Shown here: positions 1 to 10,736 of the stretch, piece after piece | How the letters are laid out: every line of letters starts with the position of its first letter | Position numbering within the stretch: position 1 is the stretch's first letter | Assembly: GCA_031370645.1 (NCBI GenBank) | Contig: JANMQV010000151.1 | Location: 1 to 64,000 of the forward strand | From: Candidatus Eiseniibacteriota bacterium | GTDB lineage: Bacteria > Eisenbacteria > RBG-16-71-46 > SZUA-252 | Direction of reading: 5' to 3' | DNA length: 64,000 bases | Made by a program: the position numbers and the translations under genes | The notes under the pieces: model-generated | Database searches by the model: none | What the model saw: the letters and a program-made list of their open reading frames with translations, nothing else | Told to the model about the DNA's origin: nothing

Positions 1-1161
1 GCCGCCACCGGTCGCTACGAAGACGAGGGGCGACCGACCGCTTACCGCTCCGTCGGCTATCCCGCGTTCACCGCGGCGATTTACCGAGTCGCCGGGCCGC
101 GCCCCGAGGCGGTGAGAGTCGTTCAAGCGATCCTCGATGGCGCGACCGCGTTCCTCCTCTTCCTCCTGGCGCGAGGCAGCGGAATCGCGGCGGCCCGAGG
201 CGCCGCGCTGTTGTGGGCCTTCTTCCCTCCCGCCATTCTCTACTCTCGGTTTCTGAGACCGGAAACCGCCACGGCGTTTCTTCTCGTGACGATCGCGGTC
301 GCGTTGTCCCGTGAATCGTCGCTCTCCCGTACTCGCCGATTCGGCGTCGGGCTCCTCCTGGGTCTGGCGGCGCTCGTCCGATCCGAATTCCTGCTGGTGC
401 TTCCGATGATCCCGTTCGTGATCGAGCCGGGCGCCGGCCGACTGCGACGGTCGGCGCTGCTTCTCGCTGGAGCCTGCTTGGTCATCGTCCCCTGGGTGGT
501 GAGAAATGCCGTGGTCGTGGGAGCGCCCACGATCGCCACCAGTGTCGGCGGAGCCTTCCTCATCGGAAACCACCCGGCCGCGACGGGCGGCTACGCGCCC
601 TCGGTACCCGACTCGATGCGTCCTCGCGCGGCGGGGGAAGCTGAAGCCTCGAAGGAGGCCTACGAAAACGCCGCGAGATTCATCTCCGACCACCCGGCGC
701 GCTTCGTCACCGGCATCACACGGAAATGGGCCTTCATGATCATGGGCGAATCGGAGCTCGTCGTGAGTTCCTTCCATCCCCACCCGGCGGATGGCGCCAC
801 GTCGTTTCGGGAAAAGGCGCGAGCCGTGCCGGTCTGGATCCACGCCGCCGTGAGCGTCCCGTACGCGCTGCTCCTCCTGCTCGGCATGATCGGATATTTC
901 TCTCCGCCCGGTGGCATCGCGCCTCGGTTCTTCCTCTCGATCGTGGCGGCATGGCTCATCGTCCACGGCGTGACGTTCGGCGGGAGTCGCTTTCACTTTC
1001 CGTGGATGCCGTTCCTTGCCGCGTCCGCCGCTTCGCTCTTCGGAAATTTCCGCTCCCGGCTGGGGACGATGAGCCTTCGGTCGCGGCTCCTGGCGGTCTC
1101 CATCTCAGCCTTCGCGGTGACGGTCTGGCTCGTCGAACTCTACGTCGTGTGGCATCGCTAG
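1..1161 (+). CDS. GT-C fold (ArnT/GT39-like) membrane glycosyltransferase, 5'-truncated by window edge
   Basis: Frame open from base 1 (…RPTAYRSVGYPAFTAAIY…), upstream of the listed GTG at 112; polytopic hydrophobic protein with RPET, PWVVRN and SRFHFP motifs typical of this family. Confidence 0.75.
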   Translation, partial: AATGRYEDEGRPTAYRSVGYPAFTAAIYRVAGPRPEAVRVVQAILDGATAFLLFLLARGSGIAAARGAALLWAFFPPAILYSRFLRPETATAFLLVTIAVALSRESSLSRTRRFGVGLLLGLAALVRSEFLLVLPMIPFVIEPGAGRLRRSALLLAGACLVIVPWVVRNAVVVGAPTIATSVGGAFLIGNHPAATGGYAPSVPDSMRPRAAGEAEASKEAYENAARFISDHPARFVTGITRKWAFMIMGESELVVSSFHPHPADGATSFREKARAVPVWIHAAVSVPYALLLLLGMIGYFSPPGGIAPRFFLSIVAAWLIVHGVTFGGSRFHFPWMPFLAASAASLFGNFRSRLGTMSLRSRLLAVSISAFAVTVWLVELYVVWHR

Positions 1162-1217
1162 CGAGGTTCCGACCGGCCTCTTGACCCGCGGTCCCCGCTC
1201 CCGCACGATCGCTCCCC

Positions 1218-2399
1218 ATGTCCGGACCATTCCGCGCCGCCGTTCCAGAACCTTCCCGTCTCGGCTCCGCCGCCGCCGTCTCGTTCATCCTCTTCGCCGC
1301 GGCACTTCCCTGGTCGGTGGCGCCGATTTCGCTCGGCGTCGCGCTCTGCGGCGCCTTGACGCTCGTCTGGTGGTGGCGTCCGGGCGGCGAGCGCTGGTAT
1401 CGGACACCGCTCGATCTTCCCACGATCGGATGGATCGCGGCACTCGTCCTCGCGAGTCTCTTCGCGCTCGATCCCTCCGGCTCGTGGCCGAACGCGAAGA
1501 AGGGACTTCTGCTCGCGGTCGTGTCGCTCGCCGCCTACCACGCGCGCGAAGAACGCATCGCGAAGGCGGCGCTTGCGGCGCTCTTTGTCTCCGCCGCCGG
1601 AGCGACCGTGTACGCTCTGGTCCGTTTCGCCCACGACGGCGGCGCCTTCCCGGCGCGCGTGCGCGGGCTCGTCGGCCATCCGCTCACCTACGGCGGCCAG
1701 GCGATGCTCCTCCTCTCGCTCTGCGGCGCGATTGTGCTCCGAGTGAAGGATCGCCGCTGGCGCGGCGGCGCGATGGCGCTCGGTCTCCTCGTGACGCCGG
1801 CGCTCCTCGGTTCGTTCACGCGGAGCGCCTGGATCGGCACGCTCGTCTCGTTCACCGTCATCGTGGCGCGCACGAAGGCGAGGTGGCTCCCGATTCTCGC
1901 CGCGATCGCACTCACCGTGCTGCTCCTCCTCCCCGCCGGCTATCGCGTCCGGGCGCTCAGTTCGCTCGATCTACGGAGTTCCTGGAACGTGGAGCGGCTC
2001 CTCCTCTGGGACGCGGGGCGCTCGATGTTCCTCGACCACCCGGTGACCGGGGTGGGACTCCAAGATCTCCATCCTCTGCTCGAGAAATACCGTAAGCCCG
2101 GCGCGCACGAGAAGCACGGCCACCTCCACAACGTGGTGATCCAGGTCGGCGCGACGATGGGAATCGTGGGACTCGCCGCGCTCCTCTGGCTTTGGATCGG
2201 CCTGGCGCGCACCGCACTCGCCCGGCCGTCGCCTTCCACGGACTTCGGAGCCGCCGTTCGAAACGCCGCAGTCGGCGCGCTGGCCGGCTTCCTCGTGGCC
2301 GGGCTCTTCGAGTGGAATCTCGGCGACGAGGAACTGGTCGAGTTCCTCGCGGTCCTCGTCGGGATGGCGTTCGCGGCGCGCGACTGGCGCGATCGGTGA
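1218..2399 (+). CDS. O-antigen ligase family (Wzy_C/WaaL-like) protein
   Basis: About 10-12 TM helices; SFTRSAWIG, ERLLLW, HPVTGVG and HLHNVVIQVGATMGIVG motifs. Confidence 0.85.
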   Translation: MSGPFRAAVPEPSRLGSAAAVSFILFAAALPWSVAPISLGVALCGALTLVWWWRPGGERWYRTPLDLPTIGWIAALVLASLFALDPSGSWPNAKKGLLLAVVSLAAYHAREERIAKAALAALFVSAAGATVYALVRFAHDGGAFPARVRGLVGHPLTYGGQAMLLLSLCGAIVLRVKDRRWRGGAMALGLLVTPALLGSFTRSAWIGTLVSFTVIVARTKARWLPILAAIALTVLLLLPAGYRVRALSSLDLRSSWNVERLLLWDAGRSMFLDHPVTGVGLQDLHPLLEKYRKPGAHEKHGHLHNVVIQVGATMGIVGLAALLWLWIGLARTALARPSPSTDFGAAVRNAAVGALAGFLVAGLFEWNLGDEELVEFLAVLVGMAFAARDWRDR

Positions 2400-3604
2400 C
2401 GCGGCCGCCCGCCCTTGTCCTCACGCCGCGGCTCCCGTGGCCGACCGATGATGGTGGCCGCATCGTCGCCTGGCAGGGACTTCTGGCGGCCGCCGAGTCG
2501 CATGACGTCTCGCTCCTCACGTTCGCACCGCCCGAAGACCGATCGGCGCCGCCGCGCGAACTGACCGATCGCGGCGTTCACGTGATTCGCGTTCCCTTCA
2601 AGCCGCCTTCAACCGTCATCGCCGCGTGGCGGGGGCTCTTCGGCCGCTGGCCCTATTCGCTGGCCCGCTATCGAAGCAAGGCCTTCGATCGCGCGGTTCG
2701 CGAAGAGATCGCGCGGCGGCGCCCCGTTGTCGCCTACGTTCACCATCTCCACCTCGCCACCTACGTCGACGCGCTCGGCGGTGTCCCGATGGTGCTCCGC
2801 GAGCACAACGTGGAGTTCCTCTGGATGGCGCGCTACGCGCGCGCGGAGGGCGCCTCGGCGCGCGGCGCGTACGCCGCCCTGCAGGCCGTTCGGCTTCGCG
2901 GCGCGGAATCGGAACTCTGTCGGCGGGCGGCGCTGGTCTTGGCGATCCAGAATGAAGAGGCCCGCGTGCTCCGCCTCTTGGCGCCGACCGCGCGCGTCGA
3001 GACGCTTCCGGTGGGAGTCGATCTCGCGGCGCTCCCCGCGAGGCAGCCGGTCTCGCCGCCGGTCGTGCTCCTCGCGGCGTCCTTCGAGTGGGCGCCCAAC
3101 ACGACCGGGGCGCTTCGGTTTCTGCGGGAGGGGTGGCCCCGGCTTCGCGCCGCGGCGCCGGGCGCGGTCCTCCGCCTCGCGGGGAAAGGCCCTCCCGCGG
3201 CGCTTCGCGAGGCCTGCGCGGAGGCGGGCGTGGAACTCGCCGCCGACGTTCCTTCCATGGCGGCCGAATACGCGCGCGCCACGCTCCTCCTCGTGCCGGT
3301 TTGGGTCGGCGCGGGCGCACGCGTGAAAATCGTGGAAGCGCTTGCGGCAGGAGTTCCGGTCGTCTCGACGCCGATCGGCGCGGAGGGTCTCGACCTCGAG
3401 GCGGAGAAGCACTTCGTGGCCGGGGAAACATCGGAATCGCTGGCCGATGCCGCGGCGGAACTTCTTCGGAACGCTGACCGCCGCGAGTCGCTCGCGAGGG
3501 AGGGGCGCGCGGTGGCGGCGGCGCGATGGTCGCTTCCCGCGGTCGCGGCGCTTCAAGCCCGGTATCTCGCGGAGGCCTCCGCCGCTTCGAGCGCCCGCGC
3601 ATGA
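2396..3604 (+). CDS. Glycosyltransferase family 4
   Basis: GTG at 2396 overlaps upstream TGA (GTGA); N-term LTPRLPWPTDDGG, C-term GARVKIVEALAAGVPVVSTPIGAEG. Confidence 0.85.
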   Translation: MTRPPALVLTPRLPWPTDDGGRIVAWQGLLAAAESHDVSLLTFAPPEDRSAPPRELTDRGVHVIRVPFKPPSTVIAAWRGLFGRWPYSLARYRSKAFDRAVREEIARRRPVVAYVHHLHLATYVDALGGVPMVLREHNVEFLWMARYARAEGASARGAYAALQAVRLRGAESELCRRAALVLAIQNEEARVLRLLAPTARVETLPVGVDLAALPARQPVSPPVVLLAASFEWAPNTTGALRFLREGWPRLRAAAPGAVLRLAGKGPPAALREACAEAGVELAADVPSMAAEYARATLLLVPVWVGAGARVKIVEALAAGVPVVSTPIGAEGLDLEAEKHFVAGETSESLADAAAELLRNADRRESLAREGRAVAAARWSLPAVAALQARYLAEASAASSARA

Positions 3605-4797
3605 ACGAGGTTCGCCTCTTCGCCCTCTCCGCGCTCCGGACGGCGACTACGAACGCGCTCGGAAAGAGCTCGCCGCGCTATGAATCGCCGCGGCGCATCC
3701 TCGTCGTGAAGCTCGACCATCTCGGCGACACTCTGCTCGCCACTCCTGCGCTCCGCGCGCTCCGTGAGTCGTGGCCCGGAGTTCCGATCGACGCGGTGGT
3801 GCACCCGGGATCGGGAGTTCTCCTCGAGGGAAGCCCGCTCGTCGACCGAGTGTTCGCCTACGATTCCCCGCGATTCCGTCGCGGCGCGGGCGCGGGCGAC
3901 GCCGAGCGCGGGGAACGCGACCGGCAGGACGCGCTTCTTCGCTTGCTCGCGCCGGAGCGTTACGACTGGGTATTTGAACTTCGCGGCGATGAATGGACGG
4001 CCGGGCCGCTCCTCCGCGCGCTCCGGCCGGTGCGCCGCCACGATCGTGGAACGGTCCGGGTTCTCGACTGGCTCTCGCGCCGGATCGGGAGACTTCGCGG
4101 GCGGAGGCCCCCGCCGCCGCTTCACGAGATCGACACGAATCTCGCGATCGTTCGTCCGACCCTCTCGCGCTGGCCCGACACGCCCAGGGTGGAAGCGCCG
4201 CCCTGGCCCCACGCGGCGCTCGAACTCGAACGCGTGGCGCGCGATCTCGCCCCCGGTTTCGATCCGCGCCGCCCCTACGCGGTCATCCAGCTCGGAGCAA
4301 CCTGGGCGCCGCGCGCCTGGCGCGCCGAGCGGTTCGGCGCGGTTGCCGCGGCACTTCGCACCGCCTATGATGCGTCCGTCGTGGTGATCGGCGCCGCCGA
4401 GGAGGCGCCGCTCCGTGCCGCATTCCTGGCCGGCGGCGGACCGGCGGACAGCGCGTTTTTCTTCGGCGCCCTTTCCATTCCGGCGGTTGGCGCCCTTCTT
4501 CGCCGCGCCGGATTGTTCGTGGGGAGCGACGGAGGGATGGCTCACCTGGCGGCAGCCTGCGGCACGCCCTCGCTCGTTCTCTTCGGTCCGCAGAGCCCGG
4601 CGCGCTTCGGGCCCCGAGGGACGGGAATCGTCGTGCTCCATCGGCCGGTCGAATGTTTTCCCTGCGCCCAGGTCGTCTGCGTCCACCCGGAGAATCCCTG
4701 CGTGAACCTCACGACCGTCGAGGAAGCGGTGACCGTCGCGAAGCGGCTTTGGAGTGCGGCGACGCCTCCATCAGAGCCCACCACGCCGCGGAACTAG
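3601..4797 (+). CDS. Glycosyltransferase family 9 (heptosyltransferase-like)
   Basis: ATGA overlap at 3601; KLDHLGDTLLATP, GSDGGMAHLAAA, LFGP and CFPC..CVH..NPC motifs. Confidence 0.85.
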   Translation: MNEVRLFALSALRTATTNALGKSSPRYESPRRILVVKLDHLGDTLLATPALRALRESWPGVPIDAVVHPGSGVLLEGSPLVDRVFAYDSPRFRRGAGAGDAERGERDRQDALLRLLAPERYDWVFELRGDEWTAGPLLRALRPVRRHDRGTVRVLDWLSRRIGRLRGRRPPPPLHEIDTNLAIVRPTLSRWPDTPRVEAPPWPHAALELERVARDLAPGFDPRRPYAVIQLGATWAPRAWRAERFGAVAAALRTAYDASVVVIGAAEEAPLRAAFLAGGGPADSAFFFGALSIPAVGALLRRAGLFVGSDGGMAHLAAACGTPSLVLFGPQSPARFGPRGTGIVVLHRPVECFPCAQVVCVHPENPCVNLTTVEEAVTVAKRLWSAATPPSEPTTPRN

Positions 4798-4801
4798 ACG
4801 C

Positions 4802-6220
4802 ATGTTCGCGAAGAACCGCCAGGTCCTCCTGACCGCCGTCTTCTTCCTCGACGCCGCGCTCCTGTACGCGGCGTGGATCGGCGCCTACGCGCTCCGCTTC
4901 TACGTGCTTCCGTTCGCGGCGCCGCTCGGAGTTCCGCCGCTCTCGTCCTACCTCTGGTACGGCGCCGTGGTCGTGCTGGTCGCGCTCCTCGTCCTTCGGA
5001 CGCTCCGACTCTATCGATCGCGACGCACGTCGCGGCTCGGCGCCGAGCTGACGGCAATCGCGCAAGGGATGGCGATCGTGATGGCGCTCGCCGCGCTCGG
5101 GTCGTTCTTCTTCCGCGGCGAATTGGCGCGCTCCGTCCTCCTCCTGTTCGCGGTGGCGGGCACGGGGGTGCTCTGGCTCCACCGAATTCTCATTCGCCTG
5201 GGACTTCGCGCGCTCCGCCGGCAGGGGCGAAATCTCCGACACGTCCTCATCGTCGGGACCGGCCCGCTGGCGCTCGCGGTCGCGAAGAAGATGCGCGAGA
5301 ACCCCGACTTCGGATTCGAAGTGAAAGGGCTCGTCTCGCCGCGGCCCGGCGCGGCGGCCGCGTCTCCGGCGGCGGCGTCTCCGGCGGCGGCGGAGTTCGC
5401 GATCGTCGGGAGCGTGGCCGACTTCCCGGCGCTCGCGGAGCAAACCGGAGCAGAACTCGTCTACTTAGCACTCGGCCGCGCGGAGTGGGAGGCCGAGCAG
5501 GACGCGCTCGATCGCCTCTCCGACTCCACCGTGGCCGTCCGGCTCGTGCCCGACCTCGCGCGCGCCTTCACGCTGAACGCCAGCGTGGAAGATTTCGACG
5601 GCACGCCGGTCGTCCTCGTGACGGAGAGCTCCGAGCAGGGATGGAATCAAGTCCTGAAGCGCTCGTTCGACCTTTTCGGCGCCACCGTCGGTCTCATCGT
5701 TCTGTCGCCGATCCTCGTGGCGCTCGCCCTCTGGGTGAAGCTCGATTCGCCCGGCCCCGTCTTCTACGCGCAGGAGCGGGTCGGCATGAACGGCCGGCGC
5801 TTTCGGATGCTCAAATTCCGCACGATGCGCGTCGGCTCCGACGCGGGCGGCCCCCAGTGGACCACGAAGGGCGATCCGCGCCGCACGCGGGGCGGGACGA
5901 TTCTCCGCCGCTTCTCGCTCGATGAATTGCCGCAGCTCTGGAACGTCTTCGTCGGGGAAATGAGCCTCGTCGGCCCTCGTCCCGAGCAGCCGGCCTTCGT
6001 GGAGCAGTTCCGCGGCTCCATTCCGCGCTACATGCTTCGCCATCACATGAAGGCGGGAATCACCGGCTGGGCGCAGGTGAACGGGCTCCGCGGCGACACG
6101 CCGCTCGAGCGGCGGATCGAGTATGATCTCCACTATGTGCAGCACTGGTCGCTCTTCTTCGACATCCGGATTCTCGCGCTGACGATCGGGCGCGTCTTCC
6201 GCGATCCCTCCGCGATCTGA
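4802..6220 (+). CDS. wcaJ: Undecaprenyl-phosphate glucose phosphotransferase (WcaJ/WbaP family)
   Basis: N-terminal TMs plus Bac_transf motifs [41 protein letters not shown]. Confidence 0.9.
   Translation: MFAKNRQVLLTAVFFLDAALLYAAWIGAYALRFYVLPFAAPLGVPPLSSYLWYGAVVVLVALLVLRTLRLYRSRRTSRLGAELTAIAQGMAIVMALAALGSFFFRGELARSVLLLFAVAGTGVLWLHRILIRLGLRALRRQGRNLRHVLIVGTGPLALAVAKKMRENPDFGFEVKGLVSPRPGAAAASPAAASPAAAEFAIVGSVADFPALAEQTGAELVYLALGRAEWEAEQDALDRLSDSTVAVRLVPDLARAFTLNASVEDFDGTPVVLVTESSEQGWNQVLKRSFDLFGATVGLIVLSPILVALALWVKLDSPGPVFYAQERVGMNGRRFRMLKFRTMRVGSDAGGPQWTTKGDPRRTRGGTILRRFSLDELPQLWNVFVGEMSLVGPRPEQPAFVEQFRGSIPRYMLRHHMKAGITGWAQVNGLRGDTPLERRIEYDLHYVQHWSLFFDIRILALTIGRVFRDPSAI
5360..5389 (+). repeat. 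2 x 15-bp in-frame tandem repeat GCGTCTCCGGCGGCG (ASPAA x2)
   Basis: Exact copies at 5360-5374 and 5375-5389. Confidence 0.85.
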
Positions 6221-6235
6221 GGAACTGAGCGCCGC

Positions 6236-7402
6236 GTGCGTCTTTTCCTCGCCATTCCGAGGAGTCCGAACGCGGCGTTCGACTCCGATCTCTGGACACG
6301 AAATCTCCGCGATCCGCTCGTTGCCCTGGGCCACGACGTCGTTCTATTCACCGAGGGCGTTCAGCCGCTCTTCGATCTCGACCCGGCGGCGCCGGGGACG
6401 GCCCCCGCGCGCGAGGCGTTCACCGCGCGCTTCCTTGCCGCGGTGGAAGCCGCGAATCGAACGTCTCGTCTCGACTTCGTCCTGACCTACCTCTCCGATA
6501 GCCATCTCACGCAGGAAGCGATCGCGCGCGTGCGCGAGTCGATGGCGCCGATTGCGAATTTCTTCTGCAACAACGTGCACCAATTCCATCTCGTGAAGGC
6601 GATGGCGCGTCACTACAGCTGCTGTCTCGTGCCGGAGGAGGAAGCTCTGGCGCGTTACCGGGACGCCGGCGCGACTCCGATTTTCTTTCCGATGGCGGCG
6701 AATCCGGAGGTCTATCGGCCGCTCGATCTTTCACCTCGCTACGACGCCACATTCGCGGGGCAGCGCTATGGCGAACGGACGCAGGGCATCCTGGCGTTGC
6801 GGGAGGCCGGCATCGACGCGCACGCGTTCGGCCAGGGATGGGGCGCGGCCGGCAGCTCTGGCGGCAAGGCGCCGGTCGCGACGGAGCGAAGCGGCGCGCT
6901 CGCCTGGCTCGCGCGAATCGCGGAGCTCGTCGGGCAGGGAAGGAACCCCCTCGCCGCCGCGGCCGACCGCCGTGCCTTCGACCGGCTCCGCGCGCGCCAC
7001 GCCGGGGCGCTTCATCCGATCCTCTCCGACGAGGAGTACGTGGCGCTCTTTAGCGAAAGCAAAATCAGTCTCGGATTTCTGATCGTCGGCGACACGAACC
7101 GAACGTGGCGCCCCATGCGGCAGGTGCGCCTCCGCGAATTCGAAGCGCCGATGGCGGGCGCCTTCTACCTGACGGGATTCATGGAGGAGATCGGGCGGCA
7201 CTATGAGATCGGGAGGGAGATCGTCTGCTATCGCTCGCTCTCCGAGATGGTCGATCTCTGCCGTTACTACCTGACGCACGAAGCGGAGCGGGAGCGGATC
7301 CGCCTCGCCGGCCACGCGCGCGCGCGGCGCGACCATACCTGGACGAAGCGATTCGAAGGCCTCTTCGCGGATCTTTCTCGGAGAGGGATTCTTCGCCGCT
7401 AG
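6236..7402 (+). CDS. CgeB-like glycosyltransferase (Glyco_trans_1_2)
   Basis: PMAANP, LREFEAPMAGAFYLT, YEIGREIVCY, DHTWTKR motifs. Confidence 0.8.
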   Translation: MRLFLAIPRSPNAAFDSDLWTRNLRDPLVALGHDVVLFTEGVQPLFDLDPAAPGTAPAREAFTARFLAAVEAANRTSRLDFVLTYLSDSHLTQEAIARVRESMAPIANFFCNNVHQFHLVKAMARHYSCCLVPEEEALARYRDAGATPIFFPMAANPEVYRPLDLSPRYDATFAGQRYGERTQGILALREAGIDAHAFGQGWGAAGSSGGKAPVATERSGALAWLARIAELVGQGRNPLAAAADRRAFDRLRARHAGALHPILSDEEYVALFSESKISLGFLIVGDTNRTWRPMRQVRLREFEAPMAGAFYLTGFMEEIGRHYEIGREIVCYRSLSEMVDLCRYYLTHEAERERIRLAGHARARRDHTWTKRFEGLFADLSRRGILRR

Positions 7403-8778
7403 CCGGCGACCGCGCGAACGAGAAGCGCCAGCAGCGTGAAGACGACGATGAGGAGCCCCACGCCCCGTGCATGCAGCGTGACGCCGCGGCGGGCCAGGAG
7501 CACCAGCGCGACGACCAGATTGATCGACGACGCCGCGGCGTAGGCGAGCGGCAGACTCTCCATCCCGGCGCCGCCGCGCGCGAACCAGACATAGGCCGCG
7601 GCGAGCGCCAGCGGCTGCGTGACGCCGATGGCGAGCCAGAGCCTCGTCCCTCCCACCGCGAGGGCGCCGAGCCCTACCGCCTGCACCGCCACCCGTCCCA
7701 TCTCCCCCCCGAGCGTGAGCGCCATCAGGGGCCGTGCCGCGTCGAAGCGGTCGGAGTAGAGAAGGCGGAGAAGCGGAGCCGCGGCAACGATCGCGATACC
7801 GATGGCGGTGAAGGAGAGGAGGAGAAGCGGCGTCCACTGCCGGCGCGTGTACGCCGTCACGCCCGCGGTCCCCTCGACGGCTGCGACCGCGTTGATCTTT
7901 CCGAAGGCATAGCCCGCGAGGTAGGCATAGAAGATGGCGCCGACCTGCTGCGAGAGCGCGAGGGCCGCTTGCAACAATCCGTTCGCCTCGACGCCGTTCG
8001 CGCGGAGATAGTGGGCTCGGAGCGCCACCATGGTCCCCAGGTCGAAGAGTCCGAGCCCGAGCGCGGCCCCCGCCACCGCGAGGAGCGGTCGTGCCTCCCG
8101 GAAGGCGATCGCGAGGAGCGGACGCGGGCGAGGCCAGATCGCCGCGGCGTGCGCCGGCGCGTGCGCCACGAGCATCCCGACCAAACCGATCGGGTAGAGG
8201 AGCGTCACCGCCGTCACCGCGCCGAGGAGGCCGAAGCGGGGGACGAGGAAGAAGGCAAGAATCGTGGCGCCGCCGCCGCCCACGATCGCGAAGGTGAGCG
8301 GCGCGCGAAGGTCGGAACGGCCCGCGAAGAATCCGGTCGCGGGCGACCAGAGCGCCACACCGACCACACCGATCATCGAGAGGCGTACCATCGCGGCGTG
8401 CGCTTCGGTGCCGAGCAGGGCGCGCGAGATCGCGGGAGCGGCTACGATTCCGATCGCCGCCGCGATCGTTCCCGCGATCGTCGCCAGGAGCGCCGCACTC
8501 CATATCGCCCGCCGGCCCGCGTCCGCGTCCGCGCCTTCACCCGATGCCGCGCCGACGGCGCGCGCCACCGGGAGCGAGAGGCCGAGGCTCGCCGCCAGGC
8601 CAAACCAATTCTGGCCCGAGACCACCTGCGAGAGAACGCCGATGCCGGTCGTATCGAGGTGATGCGCGAGCCACTTGTTTCGGATGACGCCCGTGAGCGC
8701 CGTGACGATGGTTCCGGCCGCGCCGGCCAGAAGGCGGGCGAAGCGCTGCCACCAGAACGAAATGTCGACGCGGCGCAT
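7399..8778 (-). CDS. wzx: Wzx/WzxE-like O-antigen/oligosaccharide flippase (MOP superfamily)
   Basis: About 12 TMs; IRNKWLA…GIGVLSQ N-terminus and LLYSDRF motif as in WzxE-type translocases. Confidence 0.75.
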   Translation of the reverse strand: MRRVDISFWWQRFARLLAGAAGTIVTALTGVIRNKWLAHHLDTTGIGVLSQVVSGQNWFGLAASLGLSLPVARAVGAASGEGADADAGRRAIWSAALLATIAGTIAAAIGIVAAPAISRALLGTEAHAAMVRLSMIGVVGVALWSPATGFFAGRSDLRAPLTFAIVGGGGATILAFFLVPRFGLLGAVTAVTLLYPIGLVGMLVAHAPAHAAAIWPRPRPLLAIAFREARPLLAVAGAALGLGLFDLGTMVALRAHYLRANGVEANGLLQAALALSQQVGAIFYAYLAGYAFGKINAVAAVEGTAGVTAYTRRQWTPLLLLSFTAIGIAIVAAAPLLRLLYSDRFDAARPLMALTLGGEMGRVAVQAVGLGALAVGGTRLWLAIGVTQPLALAAAYVWFARGGAGMESLPLAYAAASSINLVVALVLLARRGVTLHARGVGLLIVVFTLLALLVRAVAG

Positions 8779-8878
8779 GGGACCCGAGTCTCGACGAGCC
8801 CCGCCGGGGCGTCAAGCGACGGCCGCGCCGCCCGCGGGAACCGGCGCGCCGATTCTCCGTGCTACACTCCCGCGCCTG

Positions 8879-10732
8879 ATGTGCGGGATTGCCGGCGTCT
8901 ACGCGCTCACGGAGCGCCCTCCCGACCCCGCGTGGGGAACCCTCCTCGCGCGGGCCCTTCGTCATCGCGGCCCCGACGGGAGCGGCGTCTACCACGACGA
9001 CCGCGTCGTCCTGGCGCACACGCGCCTCGCCATCATCGATCTCTCCGATGCCGGACGCCAACCGATGGCGTCCGCCGACGGCCAGCGCCAGCTGACCGTG
9101 AATGGCGAGATCTACAATCACGCCGAGATCCGCCCGTCGCTCGAGGCGGAGGGCGCGCGGTTCCGCTCCCGCTCCGACACCGAAGTTCTGTTGGAACTCC
9201 TCGCCCGCCATGGCGCCGCCGGCCTCGAACGAGTTCGCGGCATGTTCGCCTTCGCCTATTACGATCGTGGGGAGGGGACGCTCCTCCTGGCGCGCGATCG
9301 CCTCGGCAAGAAGCCGCTGCTCTACGTTCGGACACCGGAGTTCGTCGCGTTTGCGTCCGAGGCCGCGGCACTTCTCTCGCTCCCCTTCGTTCACGCGGCG
9401 CTCGACCGGGAAGCGCTCCGCCCCTATCTCCACTATCTCTACGTCCCGGCGCCGGCGACGCTGCTCGAAGGGATTCAGAAGCTCCCGCCGGCGTCGCTCC
9501 TTCAGCTTTCCCCAGCGGCCGCCGGCGGCGTCGGCTGCGTGAAACCATACTGGGCGCTCCCCGACGTCGATCCGGACGCGCGCCCCGACGCGACGTGGCG
9601 GCGGACGCTCGACGAGCGGCTCGAGGAGGCGACGCGTCTTCGCACGGTGAGCGACGTGCCGATCGGGCTCTTTCTCTCCGGCGGGATCGATTCGAACGTC
9701 GTGCTGGAGCGGCTTCATCACGCGGGGCATCGCCCGATTCAGGCGTTCACCGTCGGATTCGAGGGACTTCCCGACGAGCGGGCAGTCGCGGCCGAAGGAG
9801 CAGGGCGCTACGCCGACGCCCACACGCTCCTTCCCGTTCGCGCCGACGTGGCGTCGGAACTACCGGCCATCCTCCGGCACTTCGGAGAGCCGCTCGGGGA
9901 TAGCGCCGTCGTCACGACCTACCTGGTCGCGCGCGAGGCGGCGAAGCACGTGAAGGTGATCCTGAACGGCGACGGAGGCGACGAGCTCTTCGGCGGCTAC
10001 GCGCGCTACCCCTTCGCGCGCCGCGCCGACATCGCCCGGTCGCTCCCCGGAGGCGGAGCCCTCCTTCACGCGCTCTACAAAGGCCGCCACCGGCTCGATC
10101 CCGTCTGGCCCGCCCTCGATCGCCGCGATTTCGGCGCGGCGGCGCGATCGCTTTCCTCGGTGTTGCCGCCATCCGACGAGCGCGCGCTGCTTCGCGCGCC
10201 TCTCGCGGAGGGGGCGAACGCCATCGCGACACGAACCGGTACCGGACTCGCCGCCGCCGTCGCTGCGTGGGACGCGGGCGCCTACCTCCCGGACGATCTC
10301 CTCGTGAAAGTCGATGTCGCGTCGATGGCGCACGCGCTCGAGAATCGTTCGCCCTTCCTCGATCACCGCCTCTGGGAGCACGTGGCGGCACTTCCGCCGG
10401 CGCGACGATTCCACTGGAGACGAACGAAGCCGCTCCTCCGCGACTACGCGCGTGGAAGGATCCCGGCCGCCGTGCTCCGCGCGCCGAAGCAGGGATTTCA
10501 ACTTCCGCTCGAGGCGTGGCTTCGCGGCCCGCTCCGCGGCTGGTCCGAAGCGCTCCTTCGCGACCCTCAGGCCACCGGGACGCTCTATCGAGAGGGAGCC
10601 ACCTCGCGTCTTCTCGACGCGTTTCACGCGGGAAGCGCGGACGTGATGGCGCCCCATCGCATCTGGTCGCTCGCGGTACTGGAGCTCTGGGCGCGCGAAT
10701 TTCACGTGGCGATGCCTCGGGACATGGGATGA
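8879..10732 (+). CDS. asnB: Asparagine synthetase (glutamine-hydrolysing) family amidotransferase, probably glycan-modifying
   Basis: MCGIAG Ntn start at 8879; HRGPD, NGEIYN, LSGGIDS, GDGGDELFGGY, RSPFLD motifs. Confidence 0.92.
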   Translation: MCGIAGVYALTERPPDPAWGTLLARALRHRGPDGSGVYHDDRVVLAHTRLAIIDLSDAGRQPMASADGQRQLTVNGEIYNHAEIRPSLEAEGARFRSRSDTEVLLELLARHGAAGLERVRGMFAFAYYDRGEGTLLLARDRLGKKPLLYVRTPEFVAFASEAAALLSLPFVHAALDREALRPYLHYLYVPAPATLLEGIQKLPPASLLQLSPAAAGGVGCVKPYWALPDVDPDARPDATWRRTLDERLEEATRLRTVSDVPIGLFLSGGIDSNVVLERLHHAGHRPIQAFTVGFEGLPDERAVAAEGAGRYADAHTLLPVRADVASELPAILRHFGEPLGDSAVVTTYLVAREAAKHVKVILNGDGGDELFGGYARYPFARRADIARSLPGGGALLHALYKGRHRLDPVWPALDRRDFGAAARSLSSVLPPSDERALLRAPLAEGANAIATRTGTGLAAAVAAWDAGAYLPDDLLVKVDVASMAHALENRSPFLDHRLWEHVAALPPARRFHWRRTKPLLRDYARGRIPAAVLRAPKQGFQLPLEAWLRGPLRGWSEALLRDPQATGTLYREGATSRLLDAFHAGSADVMAPHRIWSLAVLELWAREFHVAMPRDMG

Positions 10733-10736
10733 GGGC

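Noticed and set aside
7471-9903. 810-aa Arg-rich plus-strand ORF and similar Arg/Pro-rich ORFs throughout (e.g. 22575-24683, 29225-31597)
   Set aside because: Low-complexity off-frame or antisense translations overlapping well-supported genes; stop codons are rare at this GC content
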